This document shows positions 27,194 through 40,460 of a DNA stretch of 64,000 nucleotides, piece by piece. Within the stretch, counting starts at the first letter, position 1. Each line of letters begins with the position of its first letter. This stretch comes from Octopus vulgaris (lineage: Eukaryota), in NCBI GenBank assembly GCA_951406725.2, contig OX597838.1:10230001-10294000 (forward strand), read 5' to 3'. Below the pieces are notes generated by a model. That model saw only the letters and a program-made list of their open reading frames with translations. It was not told the origin of the DNA and did no database searches. The translations under genes and the position numbers were made by a program.

Positions 27194-27227
27194 TCACAGA
27201 CACACATATATATATATTTATTCACAG

Positions 27228-27304
<77 letters not shown>

Positions 27305-27309
27305 CACAG

Positions 27310-27343
<34 letters not shown>

Positions 27344-27351
27344 TCACACAG

Positions 27352-27385
<34 letters not shown>

Positions 27386-27393
27386 TCACACAG

Positions 27394-27431
<38 letters not shown>

Positions 27432-27515
27432 TCACAGACACACACATATATATATATATATAGTCACACACACATATATATTCACACAGACACACACACA
27501 CACATATATATATAT
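27030..27515. repeat. Microsatellite-derived minisatellite, unit (TA)n-TTCACA(CA)GA-(CA)n
   Basis: About a dozen units with a fixed core and variable arms. Confidence 0.92.
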
Positions 27516-28486
27516 AATGTTCTGTGATGCTAAGATCAACAAAAAAATACTCTATCTGGTGAGAGATAAATATTTAATAAACACTGTGGCTCGAAAAATG
27601 TATATTGTTTATTAAATTATATATGTATATATATATATAATATATCAAAGTAAATAAATAAATATATATATATCAAAGTAAATAAATATATATATATATA
27701 TATCAAAGTAAATAAATATATATATATATATATCAAAGTAAATATATATATATATATATATATAATGTGTGTGTGTGTGTATGTAGGTCTGGTATAACAA
27801 AAATTCAACGCGTGTATATATTGTTTAAAAAATTATATTCAATCGACAGAAAGTTATAAAAGTGATCTAAGTGCATAGCACTCATCAAACTTTGAAAAAT
27901 GCCAGAGACCTTTTCTTTTGGGCTTTGGGCTTCTTTAGTAACTATCAGCAGATGAAAATAAATTTATAAATTACATGTAACATGTAATTTATAAATACTC
28001 AATCGTACATCTCTCGCTCAAATACACGTGCGTTTGGATGTATTTACCTCCTGTCATTGTTTTCACTCGCTCCCTCCGTTCTAAACACGTTTGTTCTAAT
28101 ACCTACAATCTTAGAATTTCGTCTCCCCGATTTTCTTTTTTTTATTTAAAAAAAAACAAACTAATTAATTTTTGTTTTAACAGTTGAGCCTACAAAACTA
28201 AAGGGCTGCAATTTCGCACTTCCTCCTTGAAAAACGCATTTTTTTGAAAAAAAAATTTGGTGAAATTTTCTTAACCAAAATTTGTTCGGATTCCTACGTT
28301 TTAGATATAGTGGGATTACGAATATGTAAAAAAAAATTTTTTATTTCACCCTCACCCCAACAATTTAAATGTTTGATTGTTTACTTTAAAGAAATTGGAG
28401 CGAAATGACGAACTTATACAAATCGAAATTAAATACAGACAAAAACATCAAAGTGAAGAGAATGTGCGTTTTACTTCCTGTTTGCC

Positions 28487-28851
28487 AAGTAGCTTGCTTA
28501 CCAACCACATGGGTCCAGGTTCATTCCCACTGCGTGGCACCTTGGGCAAGTGTGTCTTCTACTATAGCCACGGGTCGACCAAGGCCTTATGAGTGGATTT
28601 GGTAGACGGAAACTGAAGAAGCCCGTTGTATATATGTATGTGTGTGTTTGTGTGTCTGTGTTTGACCCCCTAGCATTGCATGACAACCGATGCTGGTGTG
28701 TTTACGTCCCCGTAACTTAGCGGTTCGGCAAAAGAGAACCGATAGAATAAGTACTAGGCTTCCAAAGAATAAGTCCTGGGGTCGATTTGCTCGACTAAAG
28801 GCTGTGCTCCAGCATGGCCGCAGTCAAATGAGTGAAACAAGTAAAAGAGTA
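28487..28851 (+). mobile_element. SINE family B (5' truncated)
   Basis: Match to other family B copies. Confidence 0.9.
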
Positions 28852-28984
28852 ATTAAATGTAAATTGAATATTTTATGAGAAACAAACAATGTTTAATAAT
28901 TAATGTTATAAAGTTTAATAAGGGACTCAAATTTCACTCCTCCCCAATTTTAAATCTCTTATCTATTTTTTCCTGTCCGTTTAT

Positions 28985-29172
28985 TGTTGTTGTGACCTCC
29001 CTTCGGTCATGAATGACCATGGGATTGCACCTAGAAAGTTACCCTCCGTGGCACAAGGAAGACCAGCAGTCGCCCATGCATAACAGCCTCCATTCTCCAT
29101 GTCGCTGATGTTATCCAAGGGAAAGGCAAAGGTCGATACTGCTTGGCACCAGTGACATCACAACTCATTTAT
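28985..29172 (-). mobile_element. Retroposon 3' fragment with (CAA)n tail
   Basis: Minus strand ends ggtcattcatgaccgaagggaggtcacaacaacaa. Confidence 0.5.
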
Positions 29173-29184
29173 TAACGTGCAAAT

Positions 29185-29607
29185 GGCACACAGACACGTG
29201 TACCCTTAGCGTAGTTCTCGGGAAGAGTCAGCGTGACACAGAGTGTGACAAGGCTGGCCCTTTTGAAATACAGGTACAACAGAAACAGGAAGTAAGAGTG
29301 AGAGAAAGTTGTGGTGTAACAAGAACTGGGATCGATTCATTCGGTTGCAGTCTTAATTCCCGGAACGAGTACAAGATAGCCAAGGCCTTTATTGTATACT
29401 TACTACGTTTATTGGGGGAGGGGGTGATCCCTGCTGTACTCTTTCACCACAACTTTTTCTCACTCTTACTTCCTGTTTCTGTTGTACCTGTATTTCAAAG
29501 GGCCGGCCTTGTCACTCTCTGTGTCACGCTGAATAACCCGAGAACTACGTTAAGGGTACAAGTGTCTGTGGAGAGCTCAGCCACTTACTTACACGTTAAT
29601 TTCACGA
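29185..29607. mobile_element. Inverted pair of family C internal fragments
   Basis: Minus 29185-29317 and plus 29420-29607. Confidence 0.85.
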
Positions 29608-29798
29608 CTCAATTTAACTGTGTAGAAATTATTTCTAACAGGCTGGATGCTCTTGTTATCTTTATTGTTATCGAGGAGACAACTGCACTAACTTCGAAAT
29701 TATGAGAGTTCTCTCCCTTGCACCATCCGAGAAAATTTTTTATTAACGTTATTGATTTGTTTTCTATTAATTGAAGAAATTATAACAATTTCAATTAA

Positions 29799-30050
29799 TT
29801 AATGTTCGCAGTATTACCTGGAAACGAAAACCAAAAAAAAATATATAGTGTGATGGGTGTAAAAAGAAGTGTATGAAGCGAATATGAAAACAAAAATGTG
29901 TGCAAACCAACCGGTGTGGAGGGGTGAGGGCTTTCGGAAAATTCACAAGATCCTAGTTTTTTTCCTTGTAGCTCTGAGGAAAATGGATATCTTTGAATGA
30001 AATTTTATATAGATACCTTTCAAACCTCGCATACCTTTCTATTCAAACAA
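29799..30050 (+). mobile_element. Diverged left arm of the 59652 family
   Basis: ttaatgtt..cctggaaacgaaaa..tcggaaaattcacaagatcc. Confidence 0.65.
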
Positions 30051-30683
30051 AATACTGAGCCTGAAAAAGTGTGTTGTTCGACTCGCAATGTAACCTGGCT
30101 ACTTCAAACAATATGTCGCTCGGTTTCTTTTCATACGGACTATCTCACTACCAACCCAGCGACTTCATAACTTTCTTTTGGAGGCTGCAAGGCTATACCC
30201 ATATTCCTGATGACACAGAAGAAATGTATACCAGTTCTAGCTTTCTTTCGATATAACTCGACAAAAATCAAAACACTTCACTTCGGGTATTTCCGGGGAA
30301 GCAAATGACAGTTCGATTCTGTTTTCTGCTTGGAAATTTGCGGATTTTACTTAGACACATGAAACAGGTAAGAACGAATATGCAAGGCTTTTTTTTTTCT
30401 TCAAGTTTAAAATGAAACATTGACTTCACAACCCACGGAAATATCCGAAGTGAAATGTCCCGACCATGTCAAGCTATATCGAAGGAATGCCCCAGTTCTT
30501 AATGTCGTTCACCAATAAACTCCTTAAAAATACGTTGATGGTTTGCATTAGGAAATAGAAAATGGTGCTATACTTATTCTATCGGTTTCTTTTGCCACTA
30601 AGTTACGGGAAACGTAAAGAAACCAGCATCGGTTGTGAAGATGTGGTGGGGATAAATACCAAGATAAAATAGATTACCTGCAT

Positions 30684-32225
<1,542 letters not shown>

Positions 32226-32449
32226 CATACGCACGCGTGTGTGTGTGTGTGTGTGTATACACTACCACGCAAACACGATAGGCTTCATTCAATTTCCATT
32301 TACCAAATCCAGTCACAAGTAAAATGGAAGAATTTTGCCCAAGCTGCTGTGTAGTAAAACTGAACCTGAAACCACGTGAACGGGAAACGGATTTCTTACC
32401 ACACAGCCACACCTGAACATCTTTTGATAAAATTTTATTAGCATCGTTT

Positions 32450-33012
32450 AGCTGGCAGAACCGTTAGCACGCCGGGCGAAATGCTTAGCGGTATTTCGTC
32501 TGCCGTTACGTTGCGAGTTCAAATCCCGCCGAGGTCGACTTTGCCTTTCATCCTTTCGGGGTCGGTAAATTAAGTACCAGTTACGCACTGGGGTCGAGGT
32601 AATCGACTTAATACCTATGTCTATCCTTGTTTAGCCCCTTGTGGGTAATAAAGAAATAGGTATTTCGTCTGTCGTTACGTTGCGAGTTCAAATTCCGCCG
32701 AGGTCGACTTTGCCTTTCATCCTTTCGGGGTCGATTAAATAAGTACCAGTTACGCACTGGGGTCGATGTCATCGACTCAATCCGTTTGTCTGTCCTTGTT
32801 TGTCCTCTCTGTGTTTAGCCCCTTGTGGATAGTAAAGAAATAGGTATTTCGTCTGCCGTTACGTTCTGAGTTCAAATTCTGCCGAGTTCGACTTTGCCTT
32901 TCATTCTTTCGGGGTCGATAAATTAAGTACCAGTTGCATACTGGGGTTGATCTAATCGACTGCTCCGCCTCCCCCAGAATTTCGGGCCTTGTCCCGAGAG
33001 TAGAAAAGATTA
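32450..33012 (+). mobile_element. SINE family A trimer
   Basis: Three tandem bodies joined at aaagaaatag|gtatttcgtctg; the last unit has an alternative tail. Confidence 0.9.
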
Positions 33013-33175
33013 TTTATCGATCTCCAAAATGTAGTTGACCTCGCCAAGATTTGAACAGAGAACCCATAGAAACTAGATCAAAAGATCGCGAAGGTCATTC
33101 CAACGATTTTGTCGATTCGTTGCCAAGAATAGTGGTTTCTGATGGTGCAGAATAGATTATTAGTAGATGAGAAAG

Positions 33176-33562
33176 CCGGCGAGCTGGCAGAAACGTTAGC
33201 ACGTCGGGCGAAATGCTTACGTTGTGAGTTCAAATTCCGCTGAGGTCGACTTTGCCTTTCATCCTTTCGGGGTCGATAAATTAAGTACCAGTAATGCACT
33301 GGGGTCGATGTAATCGATTTAATCCCTTTGTCTGTCCTTGTTTGTCCCCCTCTATGTTTAGCCCCTTACTCTTTACTCTTTTACTTGTTTCAGTCTTTTG
33401 ACTGCGGCCATGCTGGAGCACCGCCTTTAGTCGAGCAAATCGACCCCGGGACTTATTCTTTGTAAGCCCAGTACTTATTCTATCGGTGTCTTTTGCCGAA
33501 CCGCTAAGTGACGGGGACGTAAACACACCAGCATCGGTTGTCAAGCAATGCTAGGGGGACAA

Positions 33563-33597
<35 letters not shown>

Positions 33598-33784
33598 CAT
33601 ATATACGACAGGCTTCTTTCAGTTTCCGTCTACCAAATCCACTCACAAGGCATTAGTCGGCCCGGGGCTATAGCAGAAGACACTTGCCCAAGATGCCACG
33701 CAGTGGGACTGAACCTGGAACCATGCGGTTGGTTAGCAAGCTACTTACCACACAGCCACTCCCCTTGTGGGTAATAAAGAAATA
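33176..33784 (+). mobile_element. SINE family A with a nested family B copy (33367-33760, minus)
   Basis: Outer TSD tattagtagatgagaaag; inner TSD cccctt. Confidence 0.88.
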
Positions 33785-34239
33785 TATTAGTAGATGAGAA
33801 AGGTGAGGGGGAGGAAGAAAATAGGAATAAGACAGATGGTAAAGGTGGTGGGACCACATGTGTCGCGAGTTGGTCTGCGGTCAAAGCGAAACGCTAGTAA
33901 TTTAAAAGAATAAGAAAGAAGGGGGGAAAAAACGGTTAAGAAGGGAAGAGAAACCAAAGAAAGATTAATATATGAACCAGATTGCCAAATTTCAGTAGAA
34001 GGGGATTGTAGGGGCTGCTTAACTGTCAGCGAGGGTTTCCTCTACGAGTACAAGAGACGCTCGTTAAATATGATACTGTCGCCTCTCCCTATCTGAAAGG
34101 TGAAAAGGCCAGTGTTTCTAACCTCAAAGGAAGGAAGATAATGGTTTAACTGGAGCCATGGAAGGAGGAGCTTTCGGCACGGTCGTTCGACGTGCTAGAA
34201 ACAGTAGCTAAATCTCTTAATCTATATAATTTGTAGTTC

Positions 34240-34664
34240 ATTCTCTTATTCTTTTACTTGTTTCAGTCATTTGACTGCGGCTATGCTGGAGTACCACCTT
34301 AAAGGGTTTTAGTCGAACAAATCGACCCCCCCCCCAGGACTTATTCTTTGTAAGCCTAGTACTTATTCGATCGTCTCCTTTTTGCCGAACCGATAAGTTA
34401 CGGGGACGTAAACACACCAGCATCGGTTGTCAAGCAATGGGGGGGGGGCGCAAACACAAAGACACATAAATGTATACATACATTGTCTCCCCACCATCGT
34501 CTGACAACCGATGTTGGTTTGTATACGTCCCCGTAACTTAGCGGTTCGGCAAGACAGGCCGATAGAATAAGCACTAGGCTTACAAAGAATAAGTCCTGGA
34601 GTCGATTTGTTCGACCAAAGGTGGTGCTCCAGCATGGCCGCAATCAACTGAAACAAATAAAAGA
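34240..34664. mobile_element. Inverted pair of family B 3' halves
   Basis: Minus copy 34240-~34470 abuts plus copy ~34483-34664. Confidence 0.88.
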
Positions 34665-34879
34665 ATATATATATATATAAAATATTATGTTTTGTATTAA
34701 AAATAATTAACCGATGTTGATCAAAAGTTATCTCCATTTTCTGCGAATTTGAAATTGATTACTGATAAACTTTTGTTTATTCTGTTATTACCTGTACCCT
34801 ATGAGCATCGTGTGCTTGCATACCCCTGCCCAGGGTTAACATAGGTAAATGATATCGGCAGTAAGAACGGATATACTTA

Positions 34880-35096
34880 TCCTTTACGTAGTTCTTGAGG
34901 AAATTCAGCGTGACACAGAGTGTGACAAAACTGACCCTTTGAAATACAGGTACTACTCATTTTTGCCAGCTGAGTGGACTGGAGCAACGTGAAATAAAGT
35001 GTCTTGCTCAAGGACACAATGCATTGCCGGGAATTGAACTCATGATCTTACGATCATGAGCCGAATGCCCCTAACCACTAAGCCACGCGCCTTCAC
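34880..35096 (-). mobile_element. SINE with alternative tRNA head and family C 3' module
   Basis: Head gaaggcgcgtggcttagtggttag, tgtgtccttgagcaagacac, then cctgtatttcaaaggg shared with C. Confidence 0.82.
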
Positions 35097-35162
35097 TTAC
35101 ATACATACATACATACATACTGACTATGGCTCGTTAAGTCTGGTTGTTAGCTATTCCTTTTT

Positions 35163-35505
35163 GGATCGTCTGGCACCTGTGTCGATGGCACATAAGAAAA
35201 ACACCGAAAACACCATATCCGAGCGTGGCCGTCTGCCAGCCTCGTCTGGCACCTGTGTCGGTGGCACATAAAAAACACTATCCGAGCGTGACCGTTCGCC
35301 AGCCTCGTCTGGCACCTGTGTCGGTGGCACATAAAATCACCCACTACACTCTCGGAGTGGTTGGCGTTAGGAAGGGCATCCAGCTGTAGAAACACTGCCA
35401 GATCTGACTGGCCTGGTGTAGCCTTCGGGCTTGCCAGACCCCAGTTGAACCGTCCAACCCATGCTAGCATGGAAAGCGGACGTTAAACGATGATGATGAT
35501 GATGA
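35163..35505 (+). mobile_element. SINE family D 3' part with ~62-bp tandem subrepeats and (GAT)n tail
   Basis: Three cgtctggcacctgtgtcgRtggcacataa units, ggcgttaggaagggcatcc motif, tail ggacgttaaacgatgatgatg. Confidence 0.8.
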
Positions 35506-35578
35506 ATGGACCGCACAAATCTACCACCCACAGGCCAACAGATTAGTGGAGAGATTTCACTGCCACCTGAAGGAATAG

Positions 35579-36200
35579 ATGACAACCAGGCTTAACGGGC
35601 CAAATTGGATTGGCCAACTCCCATGGGTGATGCTGGGAATCCTCATCGACCCAAAAGAAAATCTCAACACTTCCTCCGCGCAAATGGTGTATGATGCCCC
35701 TCTTACAGTGCCAAGAGAGTTCCTTCCGAATACGAAGTTGGACTCGAATGTCAAAAGGTACCTCGCTCAACTAAGGGACAGCGTGGGCCAGTTGCGCCCT
35801 GTCCCCATGTCGACACACGGTACATCCAGATCATCCGTACCAAATGACCTCCGCACGGCTTAACTTTGTGTTTGTTCGATGCGACACACGACGAAAACCC
35901 CTCCAGGCACCCTACGATGGTCTATATCAAGTCATACATCCGGGAGATAAATCATTCCAACTCCTAATCGGCGGACGACAAGACACAGTCTCCATCGATA
36001 GGTTGAAACCGGCCCGTCTCGATATTGACAGCCCCGTTCAGGTAGCCCAACCACCAAACGGGCCGCCGTAGCCATATCATACCAACCCTTGACAAGGAAC
36101 AGTCACCAAAGAACCGAGTAACCACATGCATGGGCAGGACAATTAAAACGCCTTCCCGGTTCCAATGACAGTCAACAGTTCTGGAGTGGGGAGCTGGATT
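35579..36200 (+). pseudogene. Gypsy integrase C-terminal half (GPY/F-like) plus polypurine tract
   Basis: NWIGQLPWVMLGI..SSAQMVY..PLQAPYDGLYQVI..TVSIDRLKPA; ggagtggggag at ~36183. Confidence 0.85.
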
Positions 36201-36419
36201 CATGACAGACGAACTGTAGACAGGAACTTTGATGCGGGTTAGCTAGGGAGGAAGTCATACATCCGGGAGCTATGGGGAAAGAATTAAAGTCACAAATGAA
36301 TGCTAATGAGAGAATCTAAACGATAAACAGGTGCAAACAAATCTGAATTCAAAACAATTGTGGAAATCACAACACCTAACGGTAGATATTGGAACTACCA
36401 ATGCAATATGAGCTCCGTC

Positions 36420-36890
36420 ATTCCACAGCTTTGAGGTGAATTGGGGACTCCGATTGGATGAGATGTTGTCTGGGACACCGAAACGGGCGACCCAGTTGGC
36501 CATGAAGGCTCGGCTGAATTCTTGTGTTTCTGTGCTACGGAGAAGAATAGCCTCGGGCCAGCGGATGTAGCGGTCTACCAAGGTCAGTAGATACGAGCAA
36601 CCTTGTGAAGGTGGTAGGGGATTGACATGGCTGAATCGGGCCAGTAGTGGTTCATAGTTGCCGAGGAGTGCTTTGGTGTGTTGATGGACCTTGGGTTGTT
36701 GAAAGGGGATGCAAGTCCTGGTCCAGTCCCCGATTTGCTTGGCCATACCGTGCCAGATAAATTTGCTTGACAGCAGCCGCCGTGTGGCTTTAGTACCTGG
36801 GTGGGGAAGTCCGTGAATTACGCCGAAAACTTTCTTGCGCCAGGCTGATGGTACGATCGGTCGTAGCTTCCCAGTGGATACGTCATACAG
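36420..36890 (-). pseudogene. Gypsy (CsRn1-like) integrase, N-terminal half
   Basis: DVSTGKLRPIVP..HGLPHPG..WTRTC..LLTLVDRYIRWPEAI..WVARFGVPDNISSNRSPQFTS. Confidence 0.88.
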
Positions 36891-37123
36891 TTTGGTTATT
36901 GAATTTAAAATTTTTGAAAACGTGATTTCTTGCATATTCGGAATCTCCATCATCTAAAACATAGGGATAAAAAGTTTCAAAAAAGTTCAAAATTTTAAGT
37001 GGAATTTTTTTTTTTGCATATTCGTAATCTCCGACATCTTAAACGTAGAAATCCGAAATTTTTTTTTTGAAGAAATGCATTTTTCAAGGAGAGGTGCGAA
37101 ACTGCATTAGCCTCGAAGTTGCC

Positions 37124-37473
37124 GTCAGTAGAGAGTGAAAAAGTAAAGAATGCACGATGTTGACAAGAAAAGAAGAAAGGATAAAGGTGGTACCATCTTT
37201 CTTGCGGCCGAAAGGAAAGTGCTGCTCTTGGTCATGGCTTGACGCAAAAGAGGTAGAGATGGGAAATGTTCTGTGTTATATAGACTATGGTCAGTAATGT
37301 AGGTCAAACCCTAAACAAAGGACTGACCTTTCTTTGACCAGCACGGGTGCTTGGTGATCAAGTACTGCCTCATCAATCATCGGGTGTGGAGAGATTTTCC
37401 CGCTTGCTTTGACAAGCAGCAAGCGGGTATATTTGGTTTCAAATCTCAGGCAGGGCGAAGCGAGGTCCCTACA
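37124..37473 (-). mobile_element. Partial LTR of the same family as 38157-38745
   Basis: Clear similarity over ~350 bp; TGTAGG terminus on the minus strand. Confidence 0.8.
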
Positions 37474-38137
37474 CTACAGACATTCAAAAGGAGAACATTT
37501 AGCAGAAACCATGTTATAAAAATAGGTGAACAATGCTGCGTGTGCAGGGAATGTGCAATGCCAGTGGCCAACGAGAAACCTTTTTTTTTTTTATAAAAAT
37601 ATAGAACATTCAAAAACATACGCTTATGAATTTACTTGTTTTAGTAAAATGAAGCGTCGCGGAGTTGTTAAGTGCAAACAAATGAAGGTGTGCAGTGTAA
37701 ACAAATCAGAATGAAAATGACAAACTTAGCTAGAAAATGTCCTGGTTTTGAAAGGCTAAAAAAGTAGCGTTTGAAATGCAAAAATATATGTATACAAAAA
37801 AAGTTGAAGTCAATGTACAAAAGTTCACGTGACATGCAGGGCTGCGTTTGAGAAGTCAAGAGAACGTTTCATGTGCAGGCTTCTATATTTTCATCCAGGT
37901 AGTTTTTGGTCGGATGACTGTCGATATTTTGCGTTTTTTTTTATTTATTGTAGATCTTTCTTTCGTAGCTGTGCAACATAGTAGAGTGAATTCTGTGGCA
38001 AGTTGAAAGTGCATGGTGGGTGTCCATTGCATCGGCGAGTTCTTTTCCTGTGATAGTCGAAACGGAAACTGTGTACAGTAGAGGTTGTTATTCTTGTCTT
38101 CGATGCGACGAGTATGATGTGAAAGCTGTTGTTCTTG

Positions 38138-38745
38138 ATCACGTCGGAGTCGCCAATAGCAGCGGGCTAAGGCGATGTGCCATATCAATTCGATATGATG
38201 TAGCCCAGTACCGAATGTAACGCGTAGTTGAAACGCTTAAAGGTTCTCGCGTCGGACTAATCAGCGAACATCGAAGAATCAACACCAAGAACGAAGAAAT
38301 ATTACTTACATATATTTATTCGTTTGCCCGACATGTAGTTAGAGATACAGCAGCAATGTGACAAGGATGGCTCGCTGGTTAGTAGTTGATAGTGTAGTTG
38401 CTGTGAGTAGAGACTGAAAGAGTAAAGAATGCACGAAGCTGACTAGAAAGGAAGAAAGTTATAAAGGTGGTACCGTCTTGCGGCCGAAAGGAAAGTGCTG
38501 CTCTTGGTCATGGCTGACGCAAAAGAGCTTGTTGCTCGTTGGTCTGACTGACACAAAAGAGGTAGAGATAGGAAATTTCTGTGTTATATAGATTATGGTC
38601 AGTAATGTAGGTCAGACCCTAAACAAAGGACTGACCTTTCCTTGACCAGCACGGGTGCTTGCTTGGTGATCAATCATCTGGTGTGGAGAGGATTTCCCGC
38701 TTGTTTTGGTTTCAAATCTCGGGCAGGTCGAAGCGAGGTCCTACA
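38138..38745 (-). mobile_element. LTR with adjacent tRNA-Trp-type primer binding site
   Basis: Minus strand starts TGTAGG, has TATA and AATAAA, then TGGCGACTCCGACGTGAT (38155-38138). Confidence 0.8.
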
Positions 38746-39093
38746 CGTGCACAGATAAAGCTTGTCATAAAAGAAAGGTAAGCGACTTTTTAGTTTATTG
38801 AAAAACAAAAAACGAACTGATGACATGAATGAGAAATTAACCCCCAGCTGCTGATTGAAAGATAGGGCACATGCACACATATATATATACTTACATACCT
38901 ACAAACATACACACAAACACATACAAAAATATATATATTGTACATACGTACTCACACTGAACTATACATACATATACACAAACACAAAAAATACATAAGC
39001 AAACGATTCATGAAAACAAAAATATATATATATATTGTTGGCGATTTTTTTCCCCTCTGTCTTCCTTTTCTCTTGGACTTTATCTATATCTCC

Positions 39094-39130
39094 TATTTCC
39101 GAAGAAGAGCTTCGCTCGAAACGTAAAATA
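39094..39130 (+). ncRNA. Minimal hammerhead-like motif
   Basis: tattt-CCGAAGA-a-gagc(ttc)gctc-GAAAC-GTA-aaata; U4C; same repeat family as 57740-57774. Confidence 0.6.
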
Positions 39131-39228
39131 ACCTTTCTTTCATTGCCTGAGCGTCTCGTTCATACTTTGCATGTATCACGTACTCGCGTTGTTGTTGTTG
39201 TTTTTTTCTTCCTTGTATTGTTTTATTA

Positions 39229-39445
39229 TGGGTTCGGCTACTCTGCATTGATAAAAGGCAAAAACCCTGACAGGTGCAGATGCCTAACCAGCGGCTGACC
39301 TCCCCTGTTCGAAGGTTATAATGGACACAGGTTCGTGTGTCATACAGCTAGCTAGAGGCGATGGCCTCTTGGAGCTAATCAACGGCAGCTTTCGCCCTAT
39401 ATTTATGGACTGCCATATTAACTTGGCAGTCCATAAATATAGAAA
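39229..39445 (+). mobile_element. Hammerhead-bearing dispersed repeat, copy 2 (3' half of core damaged)
   Basis: Homologous to 17575-17830; tctgca-TTGATAA...tgcaga. Confidence 0.75.
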
Positions 39446-39649
39446 GACTTAGAAATAATAATAATAATATATACAAGAGGGCAACAACCTCGAAACCGCG
39501 GACCGGTGCGTATCACTTAGGCTATATATATATATAATTATTGTTTTTTATGCTGATTGTTGTCTCTGGTTTATATCTAAGCAATTTCACTATTTCTTTT
39601 ACGTCAGTTTTACCTGTTAGTCTTTCTTTTAAATATGACGAGTGCTATG

Positions 39650-39691
39650 CTTCGCAGATGAGGTTACAATACGATCGAAACACGTCCGGAG
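39650..39691 (+). ncRNA. Minimal hammerhead-like motif (degenerate)
   Basis: cttcg-CAGATGA-ggtt(acaatac)gatc-GAAAC-ac-GTC-cggag; U4A and wobble pairs. Confidence 0.5.
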
Positions 39692-39821
39692 TTGTTCCAC
39701 GCGCTTGCTTGTTTTGCTTCTCGCTTGCTGAAATAATTAAAAGCATTAAACATTTGATGTAATTTTATTTTTGATCGTCATAAACAACCAGCGTACCTGA
39801 AAAATACCTTCGTTCTTTAAT

Positions 39822-40135
39822 AGGAGCACTCCGTCGGTTACGACGACGAGGGTCCCAGCTGATACGATCAAAGGAAGAGCTTGCTCGTGAAATTAATGTG
39901 CAAGTGGCTGAGCATTCCACAGACACGTGTACCCTTAACGTAGTTCTCAGGGAGATTCAGCGTGACACAGAGTGTGACATGGCTGGCCCGTTTGAAATAC
40001 AGGCACTATTCATTTTTGCCAGCTGAGTGGACTGGAGCAACGTGAAGTAAAGTGTCTTGCTCAAGGACACAACACGTCACCGGGAATTGAACTTACGGTC
40101 GTGAGCCGATTGCCCTAACCACTTAGTCACGCACT
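39822..40135 (-). mobile_element. SINE with alternative head and family C tail
   Basis: Same architecture as 34880-35096, ending gtaaccgacggagtgctcc. Confidence 0.85.
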
Positions 40136-40150
40136 TTAATAATTCAAAGA

Positions 40151-40460
40151 AAGGCGGCGAGCTGGCAGAAACGTTAGCACGTCGGGCGAAATGCTTAGCG
40201 GTATTTCGTCTGCCGTTACGTTGTGAGTTCAAATTCCGCCGAGGTTGACTTTGCCTTTCATCCTTTCGGGGTCGATAAATTAAGTACCAGTTACGCACTG
40301 GGGTCGATGTAATCGACTTAATACCTATGTCTGTCCTTGTTTGTCCCCTCTGTGTTTAGCCCCTTGTGGGTAATAAAGAAATAGGTATTTCGTCTGCCGT
40401 TACGTTGTGAGTTCAAATTCCGCCGAGGTCGACTTTCCTTTTATCCTTTCGGGATCGATA
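40151..40460 (+). mobile_element. SINE family A, partial dimer
   Basis: Full unit plus truncated second unit with the same junction. Confidence 0.88.
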
